A stretch of 64,000 bases of DNA from the IMG/VR virus record IMGVR_UViG_3300017917_002765, positions 1 through 64,000 of that record; one strand, given 5' to 3'. This document shows, piece by piece, positions 46,692 to 55,576 of this stretch (the stretch's first letter is position 1; every line of letters starts with the position of its first letter). The notes beneath the pieces were generated by a model. It was not told the origin of the DNA and did not search any database. It was given only the letters and a program-made list of their open reading frames with translations. Both the position numbers and the translations under genes were made by a program. The DNA comes from a virus.

Positions 46692-47628
46692 TTTTTATTT
46701 CATTTATTTTGTTCAAAATAATAATACCTAATTCAACATCAGTTAATTTGTTTATATCATTTTCCCACAAAGGTAAAACAAAATATCCGTGTTTCAAAGC
46801 ATTTAACCTTTTTTTTTCATCTTTTTTCCAAACATCCTTAGCTGTTATTTGTTTTTTACACCCTTTTTTATTTGGAAAAGGTATTATATCTGCTGGTTTA
46901 TATTTTTTTGGGTTGGCGTGCCAAAAATCACCATTAACTTCTATTATTAATTTAACTCCATCGATTTTATAATCATAAAATTTGTTTTTAATCTCAAATT
47001 GTGGTGTGTAAATAATACCTAAATTAAATAGAACATCACCTATTCTTTTTTCTATCGAACTTAATTTACCTCGTTGACTATTTAATTTCCTAACCCATTC
47101 AGCCTTACCAACATTGTCTAAGTAATCCCAACCACTAAGACGTTTTTTACCGTATATTTTTTCGTTTATCGTTGAAAATAACTTAATTGTTTCTGGGTCT
47201 TTAAAAACATTATCAACACCATAATGTTTAAGAAACGTTTCTTTTTTCTTTTCCTTTATTTTTAAACTACTAGATACATTATCTACACCATATTTTTCCT
47301 TACAAGTTTTTACATATTTATCCCTAACACTTTTTTGTTGTGCAATCTCTGATATTTTCTTTAGTTTGACCCCGTTCAATCTTAACAATAATGTTAGACT
47401 TTTATTAGGTATCTTATATTTATTAACCAAAGAAAATACAGAACCATCATTTTCATAATCTTTAATTATGTTTTTAATTTTATTTTCGTCAAGTTTAAAC
47501 CTTACTTTTAAAACAAAAAACTCTAACTCATCGTTAGAGTTGAAAGAATTAGAATGAGAGTTTTTAATATGTAATTTAAACATTTTACTATCAAACTCCG
47601 TATTACATTTATCACATTTAATCTTCAT
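46681..47628 (-). CDS. Free-standing Vsr/DUF559-like PD-(D/E)xK homing endonuclease
   Basis: KYGVDNV repeats; SSIE..YD..IEVNGDFWH..D..K...A...GY....WE. Confidence 0.85.
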   Translation of the reverse strand: MKIKCDKCNTEFDSKMFKLHIKNSHSNSFNSNDELEFFVLKVRFKLDENKIKNIIKDYENDGSVFSLVNKYKIPNKSLTLLLRLNGVKLKKISEIAQQKSVRDKYVKTCKEKYGVDNVSSSLKIKEKKKETFLKHYGVDNVFKDPETIKLFSTINEKIYGKKRLSGWDYLDNVGKAEWVRKLNSQRGKLSSIEKRIGDVLFNLGIIYTPQFEIKNKFYDYKIDGVKLIIEVNGDFWHANPKKYKPADIIPFPNKKGCKKQITAKDVWKKDEKKRLNALKHGYFVLPLWENDINKLTDVELGIIILNKINEIKNGK

Positions 47629-47685
47629 AATATTTATTTTATTATAAATATATGAAATCTTAGAAAAATTTGAATATCGTCAAAT

Positions 47686-48276
47686 TTATTTAGTAGTTAT
47701 TAAAACTTCATCACCCTCAGATAAATCCTCAACTTTACGATAACAAGATAACTTTGGTAACCAAACTCTGTGGTTTCCAGTTAATTTTATTGTTTCACCA
47801 TTTTCCATTTCTATTTCATACCAGTTGTTAATATTATTTTTAACAGAATGTGCCAGTATTTCATCAAAAACGATTTCGTTTTTTTCTATATCGTAAGATA
47901 ATACTTTACCAGAATATTTAGTATCACAAATTTCTTTAATACTTTTTTCACCAACTTCTGTTATTAGGATAGTTGTCTCATCAAGACAACCGTCCAATTT
48001 TTCAAGAACATGAGCAGTGTTCCAATCTATCTTGTGTGCGTTGCCTTCTTCTGAATTGAAAAATTTGGTGAACGCCAATGACATTACCTTCCAAGTATCT
48101 TTTTCAAGGACAAGTCCACGACATTCTTGAACTTCTGGCTTAGCCATAAGTGTTGGACTACATAATTGGTCATATTTCAACAATACTTTTGTATCATAAA
48201 CCCTAGTTTTAAGGTCAAATGCAAGTATGGTTTTAGCCAATCCGTTCTCTTTGATGTATTTTTGTATTGCTAACAT
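47686..48276 (-). CDS. Rnl1-type RNA ligase N-part (aa 1-96) fused to a split intein N-part (aa 97-196)
   Basis: ECRGLV, KFFN, EKLDG|CLDETT; intein block B LTGNHRVW; ends L.EGDEV. Confidence 0.9.
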   Translation of the reverse strand: MLAIQKYIKENGLAKTILAFDLKTRVYDTKVLLKYDQLCSPTLMAKPEVQECRGLVLEKDTWKVMSLAFTKFFNSEEGNAHKIDWNTAHVLEKLDGCLDETTILITEVGEKSIKEICDTKYSGKVLSYDIEKNEIVFDEILAHSVKNNINNWYEIEMENGETIKLTGNHRVWLPKLSCYRKVEDLSEGDEVLITTK

Positions 48277-48325
48277 AATTCGTATTTAGAATACAAATGT
48301 AATAATTTTTTTTGTAAATTACAAA

Positions 48326-48583
48326 CTATTGATTAAGAATAAATTTTCCAGTTGTTTTGTATATATATGTATCTCTTAGTGAATTACCAACTATTAATAT
48401 CGAAGTGTCTTTTTTATCTTCAGAAAGATACATATAGCCACCAATTGGTAATTCTAAATCAAAAAAACAAGATGAAAATTTTTTATCAGGACACTCTAAT
48501 TTATATTGAAAATTATTTTCATAGTGTGTAAGCGTACCAGCTTGACAAAAAAAACTAATAATTGTTGCAATAACTATTTTCAT
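48326..48583 (-). CDS. Hypothetical secreted protein
   Basis: 85 aa; hydrophobic N-terminus. Confidence 0.5.
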   Translation of the reverse strand: MKIVIATIISFFCQAGTLTHYENNFQYKLECPDKKFSSCFFDLELPIGGYMYLSEDKKDTSILIVGNSLRDTYIYKTTGKFILNQ

Positions 48584-48597
48584 GGTTAAAAATTTAG

Positions 48598-48670
48598 TAG
48601 TCCCAGAGGGATTCGAACCCCCATAAAGAGCTTAGAAGGCTCTTGTCCTAATCCATTGAACGATGGGACC
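48598..48670 (-). tRNA. tRNA-Arg(UCU)
   Basis: agagc-ctTCTaa-gctct; near copy of 54201..54271. Confidence 0.9.
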
Positions 48671-48678
48671 GTAAAAAA

Positions 48679-49023
48679 TTAACCTAATGGTGCTTCACCT
48701 TTATCTCCTCGAAGCTTGTTTATCTGTTTAATGATTTCATCATATGAAACACTATTAGCTTTTTTCTTTAAATATTCGGTTATATCACTTTTGTTCTCTT
48801 CTAACCCATCTAAAAGTTTTTTTGCAGTGTACATACTTGTTAATTGACCTAACTCATATGTTTCATCTTCAGTCATAATTGTACCAGCTAGCAAAATCAT
48901 AAAATTACCAGATTGGCTGATACAAAAATCTTTTCTTTCCATTCCTTCATCAACCAAAACCTTACCCATTTCTAGAAACATAGCACTAAGCTCTAAACGT
49001 CTATTTATATTTTCTTTTTCCAT
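48679..49023 (-). CDS. Hypothetical protein
   Basis: 114 aa ORF. Confidence 0.65.
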   Translation of the reverse strand: MEKENINRRLELSAMFLEMGKVLVDEGMERKDFCISQSGNFMILLAGTIMTEDETYELGQLTSMYTAKKLLDGLEENKSDITEYLKKKANSVSYDEIIKQINKLRGDKGEAPLG

Positions 49024-49060
49024 TAAGCAAATATACTACTATTTTTAATAATATGCAAGT

Positions 49061-49990
49061 TTACTTCACAATTTCTGTTACAAAACCAGTAATAAAAAAT
49101 GGTTTAACATCTTGCCATTTGGTGATATCATTCGACAACACTGGTTTACCGCCATCTGGGTTTACAGCAATCGTAACGTGAGGAATAGCGTTTTTAGATG
49201 GATACCCTTCAACTTGTACTGCCATAGCCATATCAGACAGACCAACTTTTGTCACCTTCAAAATGACTTCCTTGCCAATGTCAGTCTTATCCTTTAACTC
49301 ACCCATTGTTATTGTCATGTGGTGGGCATAAGTCTTCCAACCATCTGGAATTTCCAATACAAATCGCTCAAGCAATTTATTGTGTGAAGCCTTATCCAGA
49401 AGAACACAAGAATACAGTACGTTTGATTTATTATACATGTCTTTAGAATCCAAAACACTTTTAAGGGTAAGAGGTCCTTGTGCTGTGTGACTAGCAATCA
49501 TAGCTTCAATCCTTTCTAACGGAACGCCATGAGTGTTTCTAGCAGCCAATTGTGTAGCCTCAAGTCCAGCGGTACCAACATCAACAAATTTTATGTTGTT
49601 ATCAGCAAAACCCATTTCAAGAGCCGCTACAACATATGCTTTTGGTTCGTTTTGCTTAATGTTTGTGTTGTCAACAATAACTGGTGTAATCCCAGCTTTC
49701 ATCGAAGTAATTGCATCTTTTAAATTTTGTGAGTGAACCTTGCTTAGAGCACTAAAATCACCAGTAGCAATCATCTTAGCAAAAAACTCAAGATAATCAC
49801 CAGATTTCTCAATAACATCGTCTGTTGAATGAATTTTACCTTGACCTACAAGTGATTTAGCCTTGGTTGATTTTCCAGCTCCAGGTATCCCACGCATAAC
49901 AATAAGCTCTTGGTTAGGTCTGGTTACAGACACGCCCAATGAGTTTTTTTCTGAACCCTCACGCAGTATTTCTTTGATTTTTTCTTTCAT
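49061..49990 (-). CDS. Polynucleotide kinase plus cyclic phosphodiesterase (Trl1-like healing enzyme)
   Basis: RGIPGAGKST, STDD, VDNTN, RNTHGVP; C-terminal 2H motifs HMTI and HVTI. Confidence 0.85.
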   Translation of the reverse strand: MKEKIKEILREGSEKNSLGVSVTRPNQELIVMRGIPGAGKSTKAKSLVGQGKIHSTDDVIEKSGDYLEFFAKMIATGDFSALSKVHSQNLKDAITSMKAGITPVIVDNTNIKQNEPKAYVVAALEMGFADNNIKFVDVGTAGLEATQLAARNTHGVPLERIEAMIASHTAQGPLTLKSVLDSKDMYNKSNVLYSCVLLDKASHNKLLERFVLEIPDGWKTYAHHMTITMGELKDKTDIGKEVILKVTKVGLSDMAMAVQVEGYPSKNAIPHVTIAVNPDGGKPVLSNDITKWQDVKPFFITGFVTEIVK

Positions 49991-50036
49991 ATTTGCAAAG
50001 GTACAAAAAATTTATGGGGTTTCCAAATTAATTTTA

Positions 50037-50354
50037 CTATTTCTTTCGATTCAAAAATATATAAGAAACCAAAGTGATTAAGCCAATTACAATAAAAGAT
50101 TTAGCAAAAAATAACGGAATGTCATATAATTCATGAAGCATCCAAAAAATATTCATCATAACCCAAGAAGAGAAAATTCCAGTCGAGGAAATGAATTTTT
50201 TTGTTTTGAATAATATGTATACTGTTAATAAAAAAGTCGGAATCACCATTATGGTTGCCAATAATTTCCATTTTAAAAGCCAACAAATATCTTTTAACAA
50301 CCAGAAACTAAAGTGAAGAAAATCTAGCTTATTTTCCTCTTGAACCATTTTCAA
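50037..50354 (-). CDS. Membrane protein
   Basis: H..FWLLKDICW; several TM segments. Confidence 0.65.
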   Translation of the reverse strand: MKMVQEENKLDFLHFSFWLLKDICWLLKWKLLATIMVIPTFLLTVYILFKTKKFISSTGIFSSWVMMNIFWMLHELYDIPLFFAKSFIVIGLITLVSYIFLNRKK

Positions 50355-50721
50355 TTATTTCCATTTTTTCACCATTTCTATCTATTAATATGTATTCACA
50401 CTTTATTAAACCAAACTTATCTAAATGGTCTAACACTTCATTGGCCGTAAAGCATGAGCAAGAGTAAATATCAAATTGAAACATTGGAGGAGAGTATTTT
50501 TCCCAAATGTGTATTGAGGCATGTGAAGTGGCTAACGTTACCGTTCCAGTTAAACCCTCATTTCCTTCCTCAGAAACATAAACTGAGGTTGGCCCAGCCA
50601 CAACAACCATTCTAACTTTTTCAACTAACTCTGTAAACCATTTATTTAAAACATCAACTTCTGATGGCGGATTTTTAACGTATCCTTTAACGATTAAGTG
50701 AAGGTGATTTGGAACAAACAT
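50329..50721 (-). CDS. S-adenosylmethionine decarboxylase proenzyme-like
   Basis: G.T....LATSHASIHIW..D.YSC. Confidence 0.8.
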   Translation of the reverse strand: MFVPNHLHLIVKGYVKNPPSEVDVLNKWFTELVEKVRMVVVAGPTSVYVSEEGNEGLTGTVTLATSHASIHIWEKYSPPMFQFDIYSCSCFTANEVLDHLDKFGLIKCEYILIDRNGEKMEIIENGSRGK

Positions 50722-50766
50722 TCTGAATTTTACAAATAAATATGTTGTTTATTAGAAAAATAATTA

Positions 50767-51366
50767 TTAATTATCTTCAACACTTACAAGTTCTATTATG
50801 TTAGGATTGTAAACAATAATGTGGTTACCCTCACCTTGATGTCTTGGTACGATTATACCATCTATACCCATCTTAACCATATTTCTAACATATTCAACTG
50901 GTTCGTATCGATAAAATTCAATCCATATTTGTTGAGCCAAATCTTTTTCAGTATCATTATAATCTATTGAACTATCTACAGCCATTGTTAGCCCTTTATA
51001 TGGGTTTATATCAAAATTTTGAGCAGTAGCTTTCCAATCTGGTGCCATACGCATCACTTTGGTTGTGAATGCTTTCCATTTCGATGGAACCAATGGTGTC
51101 ATATCCATCAACTTTCTTGGGGAGAGTTTTACAGTGTATATTTTATTGCCGTAAACTTCAGCTTCTTCTTTAACCGTTGTAAAATAAATTCCAGGTCCTT
51201 CTTGGTCCATAGCTTCAGCTCCACCTACAAACTCATCTGAAAAACGTTTAATTTCAGCTTTGGTTCCGTGGAATACAGTATAAGAGCCACCTTTGGTGAT
51301 TTCATGAATAAGTGATTCTCGAAGTCTTTTAGTTATTAAGTCTTTCATTTTAATATACGTCATCAC
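50767..51366 (-). CDS. ADP-ribosyltransferase-fold (ART-PolyVal-like) protein
   Basis: VFHGT, GPGIYFT....A..YG, GIDGII; LRESL N-terminus. Confidence 0.65.
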   Translation of the reverse strand: MMTYIKMKDLITKRLRESLIHEITKGGSYTVFHGTKAEIKRFSDEFVGGAEAMDQEGPGIYFTTVKEEAEVYGNKIYTVKLSPRKLMDMTPLVPSKWKAFTTKVMRMAPDWKATAQNFDINPYKGLTMAVDSSIDYNDTEKDLAQQIWIEFYRYEPVEYVRNMVKMGIDGIIVPRHQGEGNHIIVYNPNIIELVSVEDN

Positions 51367-52516
51367 TAATATTATTGTATTCTTTTTTTTCCTCTGGTGT
51401 TAATTCTCTATTTATGTTGTTCAATAGCTTTTCTTTAATATCATCACTTAACCTCCAAGATATACTAATAGCGTACTCCAAGAAAGTCATATCATCAATT
51501 TTGTTTTTTGGGTTATATATAATGTTTAAATACCCATCTTCAATCATTTGTTCTAATTCACCTCTTTCTGGAAAATTTTCTAATGTTTCATTCTGAATCC
51601 TTCTCTGTATTGATGAATAGTATAATTGTTTTATTTTGTTATCGAGTTTATCCAAATGAAATCTATTAAAATAAAAATTACTTCTGTTTAACACTAATAA
51701 TTTCAAATTATTCGGTAATGATAAAAATTCATCAACAGATATTTTTTCACCTCTTAATATACTAGTTTCAATGTCTTTATAATCTAAACCTATAACACTT
51801 TTTTTAATATGACAAAACGTATCTGGATTTTTAACTGGAATTGGTTTATCAGAAACTTTTGACATGTCATATATAACAGAGCCATGGATAGTATTATCAA
51901 ACATTGATATTCCACTTACATTAACACCGTTAAATCCATTGTATTCCATAATTCTAGTTGACATAGAAGCTAAGTTGCTTTTATCCTTCATGTCTTTAGC
52001 CGCTAATTTAACCATTTCAATATAATCACGGTAATTTGGAATTTTTAAACCAAGTTTGTTTATATTGTGTTTAATTTTTAAATAAAGGTTACTAAAATAT
52101 TTGTCCATTTCAAACTTAGAATCATGAATTGAAACAACAAGGTGAAAGCTTTGGTTAATTAATTTTAATGTTTCATATAACATCTCACCATGTTCATTAG
52201 ATTTGACTCTGAATAAATTTTTGTATATATCAAAATCAACACGATATGCTTTTTGGAATTCGGTTAATTCTTTTTTATGAACATCAACATTACCATATTC
52301 TTTATCAAACTCCCTAAAATCCCTATGTTTACAATTATAAGTAGAAAAATAAACACCAGAACCAAAATGACCTGTATGCCTACCACTCATCATAACTATA
52401 TTATCAGAACCATATGGTTTTATGTTCTTTAAATCAGAACCTAATTGGCCAATATGATAATTAAACTCGGCTTCATTTAATTCTTTCCTTAAAAGTTGTT
52501 TGATAAAATCTTTCAT
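51350..52516 (-). CDS. Putative ART-fold protein
   Basis: YH..., FGSGVYFS, GFNGV; IKQLLR N-terminus. Confidence 0.5.
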   Translation of the reverse strand: MKDFIKQLLRKELNEAEFNYHIGQLGSDLKNIKPYGSDNIVMMSGRHTGHFGSGVYFSTYNCKHRDFREFDKEYGNVDVHKKELTEFQKAYRVDFDIYKNLFRVKSNEHGEMLYETLKLINQSFHLVVSIHDSKFEMDKYFSNLYLKIKHNINKLGLKIPNYRDYIEMVKLAAKDMKDKSNLASMSTRIMEYNGFNGVNVSGISMFDNTIHGSVIYDMSKVSDKPIPVKNPDTFCHIKKSVIGLDYKDIETSILRGEKISVDEFLSLPNNLKLLVLNRSNFYFNRFHLDKLDNKIKQLYYSSIQRRIQNETLENFPERGELEQMIEDGYLNIIYNPKNKIDDMTFLEYAISISWRLSDDIKEKLLNNINRELTPEEKKEYNNISDDVY

Positions 52517-54042
52517 TAGATTAAATTAAGTTTCCTTCTAAGCCTTTCTTTTAACTCTTCTTTAGATAACTCATTAAATTCTTTTTCAAGACCTAATACT
52601 TTTGCAATATCGTTTGGTGTTACACGTGAACCATGAGAATGGCTTCCCATTCCTTCATCAATAGTCTTCATTTTCTGATTAACATAATCAATAAGATAAT
52701 TTGTAACCTTTGAAACCTCCTCAAATACCTTAATCATATTTTTTTCATCAGCACCCCATAAGACGGTATAATTTAAGGATGTTGTTTTTAAATCAAAACC
52801 AAAAGCATACATAAACATCCAAGCACTTAATTCTGCTTGTTGTTCAACAACATCTCTAGAATTTTTTCCAATGAAGAAAGAACCAGAAGCTCCACCTTTG
52901 GAAGACAGGTATGACTGATGTAACAATTCATGAGTTATTTCGTGAGCAAGTGTTTTGGTTAAACCAACATCATTCCCTTCATTTTTCAATATCTTTATCA
53001 ATCCATTTGCACTAACACCTCTAGAACCACCTAAGTCATCAACCAATTCTGTTTTAATACCATTATCATTACAAAATTCTAATAAGGATTTATATATTGG
53101 TCTTACATCATCAGAAATCATATTTTCTTCAAACCATTTAATGTTTTTTGAAGCTTCTTCTGCGGACTTAATATAATCTGTTTTCCCTTCTATTTGTGTT
53201 GTATCAGAAACATCATAAACCGCAACTAACTTAAATTTATTAGCCTGTACGCTACCTTTTGTTATTGCGTCCAACTTAAATTTTTCATTTGGCGTTAAAT
53301 CGTCCCTTTTTATTTTTCCTACCTTTTTAAAAAAGTCTTGTTTTTCTTTTTCAACTTGTTCTTTTGATTTATATAGTTTCTTACCTTCAGGTGCCCAAAT
53401 TGCAATAGGTTTTGCATTAGGATTAACATTTCTATTATATTTGTCTAACCAATCTAGTTTCCCATAAACCTTTTTGGCATTTGGTTTTTGTAAATAAATC
53501 AAAAGCGTATTAGCTAATGAGAATCCTCTTCCTTGTGCGGCTCTAATATCAATTAGCTTTCTCATTATATCCTTAAATTGCTCATCATCTTTGATATTTA
53601 CAAGCATATTTCTAAAGTTATTTAACTTCGTTTTAATCGCTTCTTCATCTTCCTTGGTGAAATTTAATTCTGGGATTTGAGTTAAGTCTTCTGTTTCAAT
53701 TGTTTGAATTAATCTGTCAATGTCGGTGATTAATTTTTTAGCATCTTCACCACTAACACTTAAATAATCGTTTAGATGGTTTATTGCGGATTTTATATCA
53801 TCTATAGTAGTTTTGTTTTCAAACCAAAAATAAGTTTTAATTAATTTATTATATTTTCCGCCATTATTACCAAGAATAGATTTTCCAGCATCACTAAATA
53901 TTAAAGCATTTTCTTCTTCTGTACTAGCTTTTAACATAATAATTGGAATTTCTCTTCCGTCTTTTGTTTTAAATAAGCTTTTTACTAATTTAAAATCTTC
54001 AAAAATTAACTTTTTCATATTTTTTTTTATAATAAATATCAC
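52516..54042 (-). CDS. ArdC-like ssDNA-binding domain plus zincin (HExxH) protein
   Basis: FS..NTLLI..Q.PNA, AIWAP, VYDVSDT, AHEITHELLH, EQQAE. Confidence 0.8.
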   Translation of the reverse strand: MIFIIKKNMKKLIFEDFKLVKSLFKTKDGREIPIIMLKASTEEENALIFSDAGKSILGNNGGKYNKLIKTYFWFENKTTIDDIKSAINHLNDYLSVSGEDAKKLITDIDRLIQTIETEDLTQIPELNFTKEDEEAIKTKLNNFRNMLVNIKDDEQFKDIMRKLIDIRAAQGRGFSLANTLLIYLQKPNAKKVYGKLDWLDKYNRNVNPNAKPIAIWAPEGKKLYKSKEQVEKEKQDFFKKVGKIKRDDLTPNEKFKLDAITKGSVQANKFKLVAVYDVSDTTQIEGKTDYIKSAEEASKNIKWFEENMISDDVRPIYKSLLEFCNDNGIKTELVDDLGGSRGVSANGLIKILKNEGNDVGLTKTLAHEITHELLHQSYLSSKGGASGSFFIGKNSRDVVEQQAELSAWMFMYAFGFDLKTTSLNYTVLWGADEKNMIKVFEEVSKVTNYLIDYVNQKMKTIDEGMGSHSHGSRVTPNDIAKVLGLEKEFNELSKEELKERLRRKLNLI

Positions 54043-54105
54043 AATTTATTTAGTTAATTCATTTATGTATGCAATTAAATGTGGAAACATATTGGTTATT
54101 TAAAG

Positions 54106-54194
54106 CGGAGAATTGGTTAATCGAAAACCATGCGGTTTTTGGCCGCACCCATTGTTTAGCAAACAAGTCTGGGACCCTGCCCAGTTAATTCTCC
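54106..54194 (-). tRNA. tRNA-Ser(GCU)
   Basis: ttgt-ttGCTaa-acaa; long variable arm; G73. Confidence 0.88.
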
Positions 54195-54200
54195 ATATTG

Positions 54201-54271
54201 TAGTCCCAGAGGGACTCGAACCCCCATAAAGAGCTTAGAAGGCTCTTGTCCTTCCGTTGAACGATGGGACT
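54201..54271 (-). tRNA. tRNA-Arg(UCU)
   Basis: agagc-ctTCTaa-gctct. Confidence 0.9.
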
Positions 54272-54278
54272 ATTATAG

Positions 54279-54358
54279 TACAGACGGAGGGACTCGAACC
54301 CCCATTTACAACTCCATTTACGGTTACTAAGTTCGTAGCTTAGCTCGGTTACGTCTGC
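54279..54358 (-). tRNA. Atypical tRNA-Arg(ACG) lacking a normal D arm
   Basis: Acceptor gcagacg/cgtctgt; only 8 nt before ctaag-ctACGaa-cttag; long variable region. Confidence 0.7.
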
Positions 54359-54363
54359 ATTTG

Positions 54364-54433
54364 TTGCGTGGAACGGAGCCGAACCGTCTTACTCTGCCTT
54401 ATGAGAGCTGAGCCTTTTCCAATAAGCCACGCA
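54364..54433 (-). tRNA. Atypical tRNA-Met(CAU)
   Basis: Acceptor tgcgtgg/ccacgca; loop ctCATaa; irregular D and anticodon stems. Confidence 0.65.
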
Positions 54434-54438
54434 ATGTG

Positions 54439-54509
54439 CTCAGATGTAGGGAATCGAACCCTATTCCTACGAGTTAACAGCTCGTTGCTCGCCATTGAGC
54501 TTCATCTGA
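54439..54509 (-). tRNA. tRNA-Asn(GUU)
   Basis: acgag-ctGTTaa-ctcgt; G73. Confidence 0.9.
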
Positions 54510-54515
54510 ATGTTG

Positions 54516-54600
54516 CGGATTGGATAGGATTCGAACCTATGTGAACCTTACGGCCTTCGTGTTAACAGCACGCTGCTCTGACCAACTGAGCTACCAATCC
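54516..54600 (-). tRNA. tRNA-Asn(GUU), long variable arm
   Basis: cgtg-ctGTTaa-cacg; ggcc-gtaa-ggtt arm. Confidence 0.85.
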
Positions 54601-54608
54601 ATATTTTG

Positions 54609-54684
54609 TCTTGAGGGTGGGACTCGAACCCACACGTGCGAAGATATAAGCTTCCCAGTCTGACCAGTTGACTATTACCTCAAG
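54609..54684 (-). tRNA. tRNA-Ile(UAU)
   Basis: gaag-ctTATat-cttc; A73. Confidence 0.8.
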
Positions 54685-54693
54685 AATTTAAAG

Positions 54694-54777
54694 TTGTGAG
54701 GGTGGGAGTCGAACCCACCTATAGAAATTAATCTCCAGTGTATCAGACTGGTGCCCAAACCGCTAGACCACCTCACA
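54694..54777 (-). tRNA. tRNA-Ile(GAU), long variable region
   Basis: ccagt-ctGATac-actgg. Confidence 0.85.
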
Positions 54778-54890
54778 ATAATTTATTTTAATTTCCTAAA
54801 CCATAAACCGCCCCAGTTTATTATTATATTCACTAGCATCCATCTCTGTGGAGACCAAACAATTGTTTGGTGACGGTTAAAGTTTAAAAG

Positions 54891-54963
54891 GGTGCTATAG
54901 GAGTTTCGAAATCCCGACCTCTGGTTCCACAAACCAGCGCTCTGCCTCTGAGCTAATAGCACC
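54891..54963 (-). tRNA. tRNA-His(GUG)
   Basis: G-1:C73; ctggt-ttGTGga-accag. Confidence 0.9.
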
Positions 54964-55054
54964 ATGTTTGAAAGTGTAATTTACTGCACTTTTCATGTTA
55001 AATAAGCTTTTTATATCAGTTATTTAGTCTGATAGTGTAATTTATTACACTTTG

Positions 55055-55128
55055 GGTGTAGGACGATAGTCGAACTCGCAACTACAAGGCTCACAACCTA
55101 GCGTTATACCGTTAAATCTACCTACACC
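55055..55128 (-). tRNA. tRNA-His(GUG), atypical T arm
   Basis: G-1:C73; loop ttGTGag. Confidence 0.75.
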
Positions 55129-55205
55129 ATATAAGACCACCCCGTAAGTGGTCAGGACAAACACGTCTTTGTCTGGACAGCGATATTTCCCTTTGGGAAT
55201 ACTAG

Positions 55206-55292
55206 AGGAAGGTGGAGGACCCGACCCCCTGACGGCTCATCACCGCCACCCTAATTTTCAAGACTAGTTTTGCTCCATGCAAGGCACCTTCC
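55206..55292 (-). tRNA. tRNA-Ser(UGA), atypical T loop
   Basis: ctagt-ctTGAaa-attag; long variable arm; T loop gtcgggt. Confidence 0.75.
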
Positions 55293-55297
55293 ATTAG

Positions 55298-55380
55298 CAC
55301 ACTCGGTAGAAGTCGAATCTACAACCATTTAATCCTAAGAACAGATTTGGAGTCTGTTGGTCACGCCCATGAGCGAGTGT
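55298..55380 (-). tRNA. Atypical tRNA-Trp(CCA)
   Basis: aacaga-ctCCAaa-tctgtt; small D loop; long variable region. Confidence 0.7.
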
Positions 55381-55385
55381 ATATG

Positions 55386-55456
55386 CACACCTGCTTCGAC
55401 TTGAACGAAGAACGTCCGTTTTGGAGACGGAAATTTTACCATTAAACTACAGATGT
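55386..55456 (-). tRNA. tRNA-Trp(CCA)
   Basis: tccgt-ctCCAaa-acgga; G73. Confidence 0.88.
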
Positions 55457-55517
55457 ATAATAACCAATATGTCAAATAACGTCTGACCAATATTTTATTT
55501 GGTGGTCAACCAAAAAT

Positions 55518-55553
55518 AAAAAACCCGACCTAGATTTTTATCTGAGTCGGGTT
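55518..55553 (-). terminator. Attenuator terminator of the Trp/Ser/His/Ile/Asn/Met/Arg tRNA operon
   Basis: AACCCGACTCAGAT-loop-ATCTAGGTCGGGTTTTTT. Confidence 0.85.
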
Positions 55554-55576
55554 CTTCTTTTTTATTTGTTTGTTTC

